Assembly: GCF_009914755.1 (NCBI RefSeq)
Contig: NC_060925.1
Direction: 5' to 3' (one strand)
Length of the DNA stretch: 64,000 nucleotides
Source: the human T2T-CHM13v2.0 reference genome, Homo sapiens
Positions 1 through 14,132 of the stretch are shown piece by piece; within the stretch, counting starts at the first letter, position 1, and each line of letters starts with the position of its first letter. A program made the translations under genes and the position numbers. The notes beneath the pieces were generated by a model. That model did not search any database, was not told where the DNA came from, and worked only from the letters and a program-made list of their open reading frames with translations.

Positions 1-455
1 CACACATCACCACACCTGGCTCAATTTAACATCTTTTCAAATCTGATCATCTGAACTAAATTTGGGTGCATATCATCTCTCCTCGAACAGATGGAGGGAA
101 GAGGGGATAGCTCCTTTATCTCATTTTTATACTCTTTTGTTAACAAGGCTAGGCTCTGGAATTTTATTAGTTAGGATTGTAAGGGAGTGAAAGGTGGGGG
201 AAAGACAGGACTATTAGAGTTCAGTTTTTTTTTTTTTAATGGGGAATGGGCTGAATAGAATTTTCCTTAACAGCAGTTTTCTTCTATGTAACAAATTAGC
301 AAATAAGAAAATGTCCATAATTGTTCATTAGACCATGAATTTTATTTTTTTTTACTTTGAGCTTTCTCATATCTAGATATTGACGAAAAGATGCCAGTTT
401 CTCCCTAGGCAAGTTTTAAACAGCCAGGTCTTTTTTTTTTTTTTTTTTTTTCTAG

Positions 456-601
456 TGATACCTTCTGCAGCCGTCATTTCCAGGGCTGAGACTATAAATG
501 CTACAGTGCCCAAGACCATAATTTATTGGGATAGTCAAACAACAATTGAAAAGGTTTCCTGTGAAATGAGATACAAGGCTACAACAAACCAAACTTGGAA
601 T
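456..601 (+). CDS. IL23R: IL23R exon 6 (146 bp, phase 1 to 0), extracellular fibronectin type III region
   Basis: T21 tract then CTAG acceptor (AG 454-455); translates (V)IPSAAVISRAETINATVPKTIIYWDSQTTIEKVSCEMRYKATTNQTWN; donor GTAAGC at 602; recognised IL23R peptide. Confidence 0.97.
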
Positions 602-744
602 GTAAGCTCAACTTTCATTATGCTTTAGCATGTGAATGAATGATTTAAAAGCCAACCATCAGTGGCTACAGTGGACTTATTATGTCTATTTTACATGTTT
701 TTAATCTGATTGTTTGCATGATATTCAAGCCACTTTAGTTTTTG

Positions 745-3320
745 TTTTATAATTTCAACTTTTATTTTAGATTCGGGGGCACATGTGCAGGTTTGTTACC
801 TGGATATATTGCATGGTATTGAGGTTTGGGGTATGATTGATCCTGTCACCCAGGTGCTAAGCATAGTTACCAATAATTTGCTTTTCAACCCTTGCCTTCC
901 TACCTTCCTCCACACTCTAGTGTGGTCCCCAGTGTCTATTATTGCCATCTTTATGTCCATGAGTACCTGATATGATTTGGCTGCATCCCCACCAAATCGC
1001 AACTTGAATTGTGTCTCCCAGAATTCCCAGGTGTTGTGGGAGGGACCCAGGGGGAGGTAATTGAATCATGGAGGCCAGTCTTTCCCACACTAGTCTCGTG
1101 ATAGTGAATAAGTCTCACGAGATCTGATGCGTTTATCAGAGGTTTCCGCTTTTGCTTCTTCCTCATTTTCTCTTGCCACCACTAAGTAAGAAGAGCCTTT
1201 TGCCTCCCACCATGATTCTGAGGCCTTACCAGCCATGTGGAACTGTAAGTCCAATTAAACCTCTTTTTCTTCCTAGTCTTGGGTATGTCTTTATCATTAG
1301 CATGAAAATGGATTAATACAGTAAATTGGTACCAGTAGAGTGGGGCATTGCTTAAAAGATACCCGAAAATGTGGAAGCAACTTTGGAACTGGGTAATAGG
1401 CAGAAATTGGAACAGTTTGAAGGGCTCAGAAGAAGACAGGAAAATGTGGGAAATTTGGAACTTCCTGGAGACTTGTTGAATGGCTTTGCCCAAAATGCTG
1501 ATAGCAATATGGACAATAAAATCTAGGCTGGGGTGGTCTCAGATGGAGATGAGGAACTTGTTAGGAACTGGAGGAAAGGTGACTCTTGTTATGTTTTAGC
1601 AAAGAGACTGGCAGCATTTTGCCCCTGCCCTAGAGATCTGTGGAACTTTGAACTCGAAAGATGATTTAGGGTGTCTGGTAGAAGAAATTTCTACGCAGCA
1701 AAGCATTCAAGTGGTGATTTGGGTACTATTAAAGGCATTCAGTTTTAAAAGGGAAACAGAACATAAAAGTTCAGAAAATTTGTGGCCTGACTATGCAATA
1801 GAAAAGAAAAACCCATTCTGGGGGGGAGAAATTCAAGCCAGCTGCAGAAGTTTGCACAAGTAGCAAGGAGCCTAATGTTAATTCCCTAGACCATGGGGAA
1901 AATGTCTCCAGGCCACATCAGAGACCTTTACAGCAGCCCCTCCCATCACGGGCTTGGAGGCCCAGGAGAAAAAAGTGGTTTCATGGGCTGGGACCAGGGT
2001 CACTGTGCTGTGTGCAGCTTAGGGACTTGGTGCCCTGTGTCCCAGCTGCTCCAACCATGGCTCAAAGGGCCAACATCCAGCTTGGGCTGTGGCTTCAGAA
2101 GGTGGAAGCCCCAAGCTTTGACAGCTTCCACATGGTGTTGAGCCTGCGGGTACACAGAAGTCAGAATTGAGGTTTGGGAACCTCCACCTAGATTTCAGAA
2201 GATGTATGGAAATGCCTGGATGGCCAGGTGAAAGTTTGCTGCAGGGACGGGGCCCTCATGGAGAACCTCTGGTAGGGCAGTGTGGAAGCAAAATGTGGGG
2301 TCTGAGCCTCCACACAGAGTCCCTAGTGGGGCATTGCCTAGTGGAGCTGTGAGAAGAGGGCCACCATCCTCCAGATTCCAGAATGGTAGATCCACCAACA
2401 GCTTGAACCGTGCACCTGGAAAAGTTGCAGACACTCAATACCAGCCCATGAAAGCAGCTGGGAGGGAGACTGTACCCTGCAAAGTCACAGGGTTGGAGCT
2501 GCCCAAGACCATGGGAACCCACCTCTTTTATCAGCATAACCTGGATGAGAGACATGGAATAAAAGAAGATCATTTGGGAGCTTTAAAGTTGCCCTGCTGG
2601 ATTTTGGACTTGCATGGGCGCTGTAACCCCTTTGTTTTGGCCAATTTCTCCCATTTGGAATGGCTGTATTACCTAATACCTGTACCCTCATTGTATCTAG
2701 GAAGTAACTAACTTGCTTTTGATTTTATAGGCTCATAGGTGGAAGGGACTTGCCTTGTCTCAGATGAGACTTTGGACTGTGGACTTTTGGGTTAATGCTG
2801 AAATGAGTTATGACTTTGGGGGACAATTGGGAAGGCATAGTTGGTTTTGAAATGTGAGGACACGAATTTGGAGGGGCCAGGGATGGAATGACATGGTTTT
2901 GCTGTGCCCCCATCAAATCTCAACTTGAATTGTATCTCCCAGAATTCCCACATGTTGTGGGAGGGAGCCAGGGGAGGTAATTGAATCCTGGGAGCCCGTC
3001 TTTCCCATACTATTCTCATGATAGTGAATAAGTCTCATGAGATCTGATGCATTTATCAGGGGTTTCCGCTTTTGCTTTTTCCTCATTTTCTCTTGCTGCT
3101 GCCATGTTAAGTAGTGCCTTTCACCACCCATCATCATTCTGAGGCCTCTCCAGCCATATGGAGCTATAAGTCCAATTAAACCTCTTTTTCTTCCCAGTCT
3201 CCAGTGTGTCTTTATCAACAGCATGAAAACAGACTAATGCAGTACCCAGTGTTTAGCTCCCACTCATAAGTGAGAACATGTGGTATTTGATTTTCTGTTC
3301 CTGTGTTAATTCACTTAGGA
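745..3320 (-). mobile_element. Old L1 (L1PA/L1PB-type) 3'-end fragment split by the THE1A insertion (745-967 and 3247-3320)
   Basis: Antisense L1 3'-end motifs CATGTGCAGGTTTGTTAC and AGCTCCCACTCATAAGTGAGAACATGTGGTATTTG continue across the THE1A. Confidence 0.75.
968..3241 (+). mobile_element. Full-length THE1A (MaLR): 5' LTR 968-1320, internal 1321-2888, 3' LTR 2889-3241
   Basis: Two ~353-bp direct TG...CA repeats; internal region starts GTAAATTGGTACC; perfect 5-bp TSD GTACC at 963-967 and 3242-3246. Confidence 0.93.
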
Positions 3321-4015
3321 AAACCACTCTAGCTTTAATAATGATTATTGTATGCTTGCAAACAGAGAACTGTTTCCTCAAACGATCCACTTGCCTTTTA
3401 TTAGTTGCTAAATAGACAAAGCTCCGACTAAGAGGAATCTAATTAGCTATTTGTAATTCAGTGTCTCCTAGGGTGAAATTTATATCAGTGATCATGGATA
3501 AAAAATTTAAGTATTCTGTGCTGAAATTTGACAGGCATCCAGGGAAACAAAAATTGTTCGGAAAGGAGAACTAAGATGTATGAATGTTTCTTTTTAAGTG
3601 AAAAGTGTATAGTTCAGAGTGTAATATTTATTACCAGTATAGGCCTGAGTCTTAGGTGAGCTTAAAGATGATGATAATCCGAGTAAAAATGAGTTTAAAA
3701 AAGTGAACGTCTAGAGAAACAAACTAACCATCCTTAAATGCCAAGGTTAAATTATCTAGTGTCTTAAGAAAGGCATAGCTGCAAGGTTCATTAATAAAGT
3801 CACATCAGATAACAGCACCTGGGAACAACGTAATAAAACTCAGTAATTTCAGCTGTGGAGGAACACTAGCCTGATTTAGGAAGAAGTTCCAATTTTGATA
3901 TATTTTAAAAGAAATGCTATTTGATTATTTTTAAGCGTAACAAACTGCCATTTAGTCCAAATAATTAAGAAATAGTTTCTGGCCTTTTTTTTTCCCTTCC
4001 GATACTTTTTTAAGG

Positions 4016-4318
<303 letters not shown>

Positions 4319-4865
4319 TGGCTTTTCTTAATTAACAGTTATGTATCAGCTGTGAAATTACCAGTTTTCAGAGCGTTAAATAAAGTGATATGTATTTAAC
4401 ACTAAAATACATTAAACATAACTTAATTTTTCTTTGGTGCTAAGCATGATTCCAAATCCTTTTGCTGTTTAAGACTGATTCTGAGTATCGGTTTTGCTAT
4501 AGAGTAATATATCTTAAAAGTATCAAGAAGATGGGGGCAAAACTATACTAATTTTATTATATACCCTAAAAATTACTCATTAAAAGTAAATTCCTTACGT
4601 CAACTTGTTTACCTTTGTTCACTCAAATCATAAATGTGAACTTTATGGTTGTTTGCATACACTTAAATGGGATCCACGTTCTGCATCATTTGATTGATAA
4701 TCAAGTGAAGATCCTGCTGAATTCCTTTTGCATATGCAGAATTTAGATTAAATTTCAAAACAACACAAATACAATTCTCAAGTCCTAGATTCTGAATTAA
4801 TGGGGTTTTATCCTAATAAGACACCTGGGGTCCTTGTATAGTATCACAGTCATAGAATGATATTA

Positions 4866-5643
<778 letters not shown>

Positions 5644-6089
5644 AGCCACTTCTGTCTCCTCCACCATTATTTTTTTCAGAAAGTTTTTTTAAACTCATGA
5701 CTCCCTCAGTCAATCTACCACGTTTCCTTTAAACACAACCACTAACACAGAAAAAGTGAATTACCATTTCTATCCAGATCACTCAAGCCAAGTCACTGTA
5801 GCCAGAATGAAGCTTTGTTTACATTTGCTACTGTCAATTTCATCTGGGTCATGCATGAAGTGTTGTCTCTGCATGTCTGTAGGAAGACAGGAAAGTCAGA
5901 GTCAAGAGGAGTGGGAGGATACCAAAGATTACAGGTCTCTTCTACCACTTTAGCTCCGTGGTGGCATTGCCTCCATTAGATATTGCTGGAGGTGGGGGGT
6001 TTACTTCAAAGCGACAGGAAAGCCTTGTGGCCAAGAGCACAGGCTCTAGAGTTCAAAGCCTGGCTCTGCTACTTTCTAGTCATGCAATC

Positions 6090-6706
<617 letters not shown>

Positions 6707-7049
6707 TAGTCATGCAATCTTGAGCATGTTTCTTATCTTCTCTGTGCCTCGTTATTCCCATACATAACATGGGGATAAGATAAGCCCTTATATCATGTGT
6801 TTGTTGTGGGAAAGGGGATCCAATGATGTAAGAAGTTAGCTACAAGCCTGGAATAGTGTAATTGTTCACTAAATGCTAGCTAGTAATGTTACTCTCTAGC
6901 CTCTAGGGGAGCCATGCAGCAGGGATAGTAGAGCAAAGGAATCCAACTGAAAGTCACAGTATTGAGGGTGCTTTTCAGCCCCTTTAGCTAAGGTACATAC
7001 AGACTGTGAAGTATCTAAGGGAATTAGGCTGACGAGGCAAGGAGAATAT

Positions 7050-7364
7050 GTGCCACGCAGCAGTCCATGTTTCAGGCAATGATGGATGGCATATATGATG
7101 GTGGTCCCATAAACTTATCATGCAGCTGAAAAATTTCTGTCACCTAGTGATTTATATTACAATTGCCTGCAGGATTCAGTACAGTAACATGCTTTATAGG
7201 TTTGTAGCCTAGAAGCAACAGGCTATACCATATAGCCTAGGTGTGTAGTAGGCTATACCACCCAGGTTTGTGTAATTACAATCTATGATGTTCGTACAAT
7301 GATGAAATCGCTTAATGATGCATTTCTCAGAATGTATCCCTGTCGTTAAGTGACACATGACTCT
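7050..7364. mobile_element. Tigger3/GOLEM-derived DNA transposon fossil
   Basis: AGGCTATACCATATAGCCTAGGTGTGTAGTAGGCTATACCA and terminal GCATTTCTCAGAATGTATCCCTGTCGTTAAG motifs. Confidence 0.75.
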
Positions 7365-7573
7365 AGTTATCTCTTGAAAGATGGTTCCAGGTCAAAGCTT
7401 CAGATTTTGTCTCTGGAGACACAGCTGCCTCTGGGAGAACATTTACAAACATCTTGCTCCCACCTCATTTACCTCTCTCCCTTCTGAATTCCCTAGAAGT
7501 CTAGCTTAGACCAGGTTGGAATATATACAGATTTTAGTAAAGGCTCAGAGATAGCAAGAAGAAAATAAATCTC

Positions 7574-7746
7574 AGCTGGGAGGGGTGATACAAGCCTATA
7601 TTCAGCTACCTGAGAGACTGAGGCAGGAAGATCACTTGAGCCAGGGTTTTGAGGCTGTAATGCACTATGATCCCACCAGGGATAGCCACTGCACTGCAGC
7701 CGGGGCAATACAGTGAGACCCCCATCTCTATAAAAAGAAAGAAAAT
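7574..7746 (+). mobile_element. Alu right monomer (FRAM-like)
   Basis: Single diverged monomer with A-rich tail. Confidence 0.75.
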
Positions 7747-7812
7747 AAACATCTCAGAGAAAAACCACCTACTATGTAATCTTGATTACAAAATATAACT
7801 AGCTTTTCAAAG

Positions 7813-8267
7813 TTGGTTTGAGACCTGTCTTTTCATTTTCTAAATATTTATGTGGTCTTTAAAGTGATGTAGAGTCTGTGAGAGGCACTCAGTTACTGAT
7901 GGTATAAGTTCAAAAAAATCTGGCTTGACCTCTTTCAAACTCTGTTTCCCTATTTATATAATGGAGCTAATACTACCTGTCACAAAGGATTGTTATGAAG
8001 ACCATATGAGATAACAAATATTCTTTCAGTTCCATTTGCCACTTCTGACAAAGAGAAGGTTTTGAAAAGTGAGCTCAAATGTACCTGTTACCAAGATGGC
8101 CTATGTAGCACCACCAGGGGGAGCAGAGAATGAGAGTTTCAACCAGAAAACAGTTGGTTTCTGAAAACTTATTCAGAGACACTGGTAATATAATTCCTTT
8201 CTATTTTCTAAACATTTTTCTAGTCTATTACATACTCCTATTTACATGAAATAAGAGGGATTGGTAT
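7813..8267 (-). repeat. Inverted duplication, right arm (455 bp)
   Basis: Reverse complement of 5188-5643. Confidence 0.97.
8111..8124 (+). promoter_or_regulatory. CTCF core motif, forward orientation
   Basis: CCACCAGGGGGAGC, 13/14 to consensus; binding not shown. Confidence 0.6.
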
Positions 8268-8289
8268 ATCGGCTATCTACTGCTACGAT

Positions 8290-8771
8290 TGAGGGAAGAG
8301 AGAGACCCTCTCATATTGTTTTATATTTTTTTATACTCAGTACCTGTTTTAAGAAAAAACAACAAGGAAGTAAAAGCAAAGACAGGCAACCCAGCACCAG
8401 GCCCGAAACCAGGACTGGGCCTGCCTGGCCAAAACCCAGTAGTTAAAAATCAACTCATAACTTAGAAAGCGATGTTATTCATAGATTCCAGACATTGTAT
8501 AGAAGAACATTGTGAAACTCCCTGCCCTGTTTTGTTTCTCTCTGACCACTGGTGCATGCAGCCTCTGTCACGTACCGCCTGCTTGCTCAAATCAATCACG
8601 ACCCTTTCATGTGAAATCTGTAGTGTTGTGAGCCCTTTAAAAGGACAGAAATTGTGCATTCGGGGAGCTCGGATTTTAAGGCGGTAGATTGCCGATGCTC
8701 CCAGCTGAATAAAGCCCTTCCTTCTATAACTCGGTGTCTGAGAGGTTTTGTCTGCGGCTCGTCCTGCTACA
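8290..8771 (+). mobile_element. ERV1-class solo LTR (LTR15/LTR10-like), sense to IL23R
   Basis: TG...CA termini; 3' end AATAAAGCCCTTCC...GTCTGCGGCTCGTCCTGCTACA; 4-bp TSD CGAT/CAAT; AATAAA at 8708-8713; subfamily uncertain. Confidence 0.8.
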
Positions 8772-8775
8772 CAAT

Positions 8776-9195
8776 AATGTGTAACAAACTGCCACAAAAG
8801 CTGAAGGGACATATAACAATAAACATTTATTTCTCAATGTCAGTGGGGTCCAGCTGGTCTAAGGTGAGCTTTGCTGGAATTGGGCATGTGTTTGCAGCTC
8901 AGCTGGCTCACTCCTATGTCTTTGCATGAGCTCTCCTCTACATGTCTCCTGGTCCTCTTTCTGCCATCAACAGGCTAGCCTGGGCATGTCCTTATGGTGA
9001 TGGCAGAGGGCAAGAGTACCTAAGGCCCAATCTTTCCAGTGTCTTTCAATCCTCTGCTTATATCAGGCTTACCAATGTCTGTTGGCTCAAAGCAAGCTAC
9101 ATGGACAAACCAGAGCCAGAATGGGAGAACGTTCAAAGCTACATGGTAAAGGGCCAGGATATGGGGCTGGGAAATTACCTGGGCATTATTGCAAT
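8776..9195 (-). mobile_element. Old MLT1 (MaLR) LTR interrupted by the ERV1 LTR
   Basis: GTGTAACAAACTGCCACAAAA...AACAATAAACATTTATTTCTC MLT1-like signature; degenerate. Confidence 0.55.
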
Positions 9196-10001
9196 CCACC
9201 TCAAAATGTCATCAAGGCTCTCCACCTGCTGCTGGAACCAGTTCGTGTGAGGAGAGGAAGATGGTAGCATCTTTCCAAACAATAAAGACCAAGAACCTTG
9301 GCAGTCTTCATCCTACTCTAGCATTTGACACTGTTGACCACCTTGTCCTGAAAATGTCTCTCCTCTTGGTTTTCCCATTTCAAGAATGTGTTAGTCTTCT
9401 ATCAATATTTCTGGATGCCCTTTCCTTTGTAAATTATTTTTTCTGCCAATTCCCTAAACATTGACATTCCCTTCATACCTACCATCTCACTGTCTCCTCT
9501 CTTTCTTACTCCTTTCACCTATTCCCAAGGCCTCAGCTACACCTGTATGTAGGCTAGAAACTGGAGCCCTCCCAACTCTCATGAAAGTCAGACCTATATT
9601 TCTAACTATTTGTTTGTATCTTTATGGGCTGTCTCCTAGGCCCCTCAAATTCATGTCAAAAATTGAGCTCCCAGTTGCGAACGGCAATCCACACCTACTT
9701 CCGTATACTCTGTTTCAGGGCATTTGCCACATTGTATATACTTGCCTGTTTACACTTCTATTTCTCTACTCTTTAACTGTGAACTCATGGAAGGCAGAGA
9801 TGTGCCATGATCATTTTTTGCATCTCCATTGATTTTTATAATGTCAAGTTCATGTGGATAATATTTTGAAACATTAGCTATTACTATTATTATTATTATT
9901 TGTCTAATGGTGTCCAACTTTAGTGACAGAGGCAGGGAAATCTCAGCTATGTGTTCAAGTAAGTGGATTATTGGTGACTCATTTCTCTAATTAAGCTACA
10001 C

Positions 10002-10293
10002 CAGGGTCTCAGCAAACTTTTTATTCAAGGGCCAAATGGTAAACATTTTAGGCTTTGCAGAACATAAGATTTCTGTCTCAACTACTCAACTCTGTGTTTG
10101 TAGCGTGAAAGCAGTCACAGACAATTATGTAAATGAATGGGCATAGTCTGTTCCAATTAAAATTTCATTTTTGGACACTGAAATTTGAATTTCACATAAT
10201 TTCCATACATCATGAAATAGTCTTTTTTTAAAAAAAATTTCTTTCAACCATTTAAAAGTGAGAAAACCATTCTTAACTTAGGCTGCACAAAAC
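10002..10293. mobile_element. MER58-type hAT DNA transposon fossil
   Basis: CAGGGTCTCAGCAAACTTTT...AAGGGCCAAATGGTAAACATTTTAGGCTTTGCAG...CAACTACTCAACTCTG. Confidence 0.75.
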
Positions 10294-11212
10294 CAAGTAT
10301 TTATTCTTTTCTTGAAAGGGCTGATAGAACAGCATACAGATAGCAAAGACAAATCCTTGGCTTCGGCATTTCCAAGTCTGAAGGTTGGTATAAGACAGAA
10401 AATGTGGAAAAATGTATGATTAGTCACAAATAAGTTTCCCCATCACCACCCCATTTCCCTCCTCTACCAAACACTAGATAAAAATTACTTGGGCAGAAAG
10501 GGGAGGAGGTTGTAGGGTAAAGGGAGAAACCAAGGGTTTAGACACTGGTGGGTTACCAAGGACCCTCTCATCCAGTGCCATGCCCCATACTGATAGTTGG
10601 GGAAGGTAGGAATTATAGAACTCTAACTAGGTTGGAGATTTTTTCTTCCCTCCACCCAAGGATGTTCCCAGGAACTTATATTTAACATAAGAAAAGAGAG
10701 ATCTCAAACTGAAGAATATTACGTTTCAATGACCCCTAACCTTCAGAGTTGAGGCTCTAAGTAGAAATGGACTTACTTCAAAATTTCTTGCACTCTTGAA
10801 ATTATACTATTTACAGAGGCACTCAATTAAGTCCAGCTCTTTCAATGTTCATTTTAGCCTCCAAAGATATCATCCTGAGGTATCATGTTGTACTTGCAGG
10901 GCCCTAAGCAGCCACCTGGTTTGCCTCATGGTTTAAACAACTGATAACAGTTCCATAACGTTCTTCTTACTATTTTGGAATTCTGGCTGTACTTTACGGT
11001 ATTTCTTTCCTTTAAGAGGACTTATCTATAAATGTAATGGCAGCAAACATATTGGAGACTAACAACTTCCTTACAAGAGACACTAATATGAAGCAGAGTG
11101 CATTTGAGAGTCAAATCTTTGGCACAGTAAGTAAAATTTCTCTAGATCCCAGGAGACCTCAGACACTCTCCAGTTATATTAACATTGCAGAAAATTTCCA
11201 GGGCCATGAATA

Positions 11213-11297
11213 GAGACATGGCTTATGGAAACTCTGAAAGATATCTTTCATGCAGAGTTTGAAAAATATCATTCAGAGTTTCCATAAGCCATGTCTC
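11213..11297. repeat. Near-perfect 85-nt inverted repeat (hairpin)
   Basis: 26-bp perfect outer stem, then 5 bp and 5 bp each after a single mismatch; 9-nt loop. Confidence 0.95.
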
Positions 11298-11808
11298 AAT
11301 AGACAAAACTATTCTAGGGCAGATGACATCCCCCAAACAAATATTTTCATGAATTTTACATTTTCAGTGCATTGCAAGTTTTAAGGATTAATGTTAAGGT
11401 TGGGTTTTAAATGGAAGCATCCCTGAATGAGGTTGATACCTCATTCTTTTTTTTTTTTAATCTCAATCGTTGTAACTTTCTCTTTCATGAGTATCTGATA
11501 ACTGCTTTCACCTAGTTGTTGCATAAATGCATTTCTAGACATATTGACATATTTTATGTCTGCCTTTCAATCATGCTTCACTTTTTCCAGTAAATCAGTT
11601 ACTAGAACATACTGAAGATGCTGTACAAATGCCTTGGTTTCTTTCTGCCAACTGAAACAGCTTGTTTGGGGCTCATTTTTCATTACGTTTTATAGCAGGG
11701 TGTAGTGCTCCAGGGAAAAAAGGATTTTTGTGTTTATCCCTCAGCTATTTTCTTTATCCTCCATTGGATTTCTCAGTTCAACTTTCTTAATATTTTAATT
11801 TTTCTCTG

Positions 11809-11870
11809 ACACATACACATATATATATATATACATACATATACATATATACATATATACACATATATGC

Positions 11871-11920
<50 letters not shown>

Positions 11921-11928
11921 GTATGTAT
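11809..11928. repeat. Compound (CA/TA/TG)n microsatellite
   Basis: About 120 bp of alternating purine-pyrimidine. Confidence 0.95.
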
Positions 11929-12129
11929 TATTGGGCCTTGTAGAATCTGCAATAACCTGCAATGAGGACCAACTTACAGCTTAGCTTATAGGTATTTTTT
12001 TCTAAAAGTCACCATTAGCGAGTAAAATTATTTCATCATTCAGGAAGAATTATTGATCTAAATATCCAGCTGCAGGGGAGAGGGGAATTCAGACAATTGC
12101 TATCAGCTACCATTTCTCCACCCCATTAA

Positions 12130-12186
12130 AAGAGTATATTCCAAAATTAAGAATATATTCCAAAATTAAGAATATATTCCAAAATT
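12130..12186 (+). repeat. Three tandem copies of the 19-bp unit AAGAATATATTCCAAAATT
   Basis: Copies start at 12130 (1 mismatch), 12149 and 12168. Confidence 0.95.
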
Positions 12187-12188
12187 AA

Positions 12189-12983
<795 letters not shown>

Positions 12984-13120
12984 TTATATAAAGAACACTT
13001 TGTTTTCCTAGAGTCTAGAAGACAGCTTGGAACATAATAGGTGTTCCATACATTTCTGCTAAATAAAATAGTTGTTTTAAAAGCACACCACATTTTATTA
13101 TTGTTACCCATCCATTTTAG

Positions 13121-13277
13121 GTTAAAGAATTTGACACCAATTTTACATATGTGCAACAGTCAGAATTCTACTTGGAGCCAAACATTAAGTACGTATTTCA
13201 AGTGAGATGTCAAGAAACAGGCAAAAGGTACTGGCAGCCTTGGAGTTCACTGTTTTTTCATAAAACACCTGAAACAG
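13121..13277 (+). CDS. IL23R: IL23R exon 7 (157 bp, phase 0 to 1), contains the WQPWS (WSXWS-like) motif
   Basis: TTTTAG acceptor ending 13120; [52 protein letters not shown]; WQPWS at 13232-13246; donor GTGAGT at 13278. Confidence 0.98.
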
Positions 13278-13330
13278 GTGAGTGTACTTATATATTTTAT
13301 TCTGTTGGGCTTTTCTTTATATATCTTTTC

Positions 13331-13952
13331 TGCTGAGCACAGTGGCTCACACCTATAATTCCAGCACTTTGAGAGGCCAAGGCAGGAAGATTGCTTGAGC
13401 CTAGGAGTTTGAGACTGGCCTGGGCAACATAGTGAGACCCTAGTCTGTACAGAAAAATAATAATTATTATTAGCCTGGGTGGTAGAATGCATTTGTAGTC
13501 GCAGCTACTTGGGAAGCTGAGGTAGTAGGATTGCGTGAGCCCGGGAGTTTGATGCTGCAGTGAGCTATGATCATCCCACTGCTCTCTAGCCTGGAGGAAA
13601 GACCAAGACCCTGTTTCCTAAAAAGTTTAAAACAGCCAGGTGCAGTGGCTTATGTCTGTAATCCCAGCACTTTGGGAGGCCAAGGTGGGTGGATTACCTT
13701 AGGTCAGGACTTCAAGACCTCCTCGGCCGACATGGTGAAACCCTGTCTCTACTAAAAATACGAAAATTAGCTGGGCATGGTGGCAGGTGCCTGTAATCTC
13801 AGCTACTCGGAAGGCTGAGGCAGGAAAATTGCTTGAACCCAAGAAGTGGAGGTTGCAGTGAACTGAGATTGTACCACCGCACTCCAGCCTGGCCAAGAGA
13901 GAGAGACTTGGTCTCAAAAAAAAATAAAAATAAAAATAATAATAATAAATAA
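13331..13952 (+). mobile_element. AluJ (13331-13624) and AluS (13634-13952)
   Basis: Sense Alu dimers starting about 55 nt after the exon 7 donor. Confidence 0.9.
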
Positions 13953-14132
13953 GTTAAAAACAAAATAAAGCTACAAGATATTTTTTTTCTCTTTACCTTT
14001 GACCAAAATTGACAAAACTATTCTAGGGCAGATGATAACATTTAAATTGTCATTTTGCTTTGATTTTCTTAAGGCTTACTACAATTTATATAATGGTTCT
14101 CAAACATTCCTGGGTATAAAAACCATCTGGGA

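Noticed and set aside
380-455. N-terminal part of ORF 380..628 (poly-Phe)
   Set aside because: It is the intron 5 polypyrimidine tract; coding starts at 456
1648-2711. ORFs in the THE1A internal region
   Set aside because: Fragmented remnants of the MaLR internal ORF in shifting frames
12130-12186. Short direct repeats as a CRISPR-like array
   Set aside because: No spacers, a simple tandem repeat, and a primate genome
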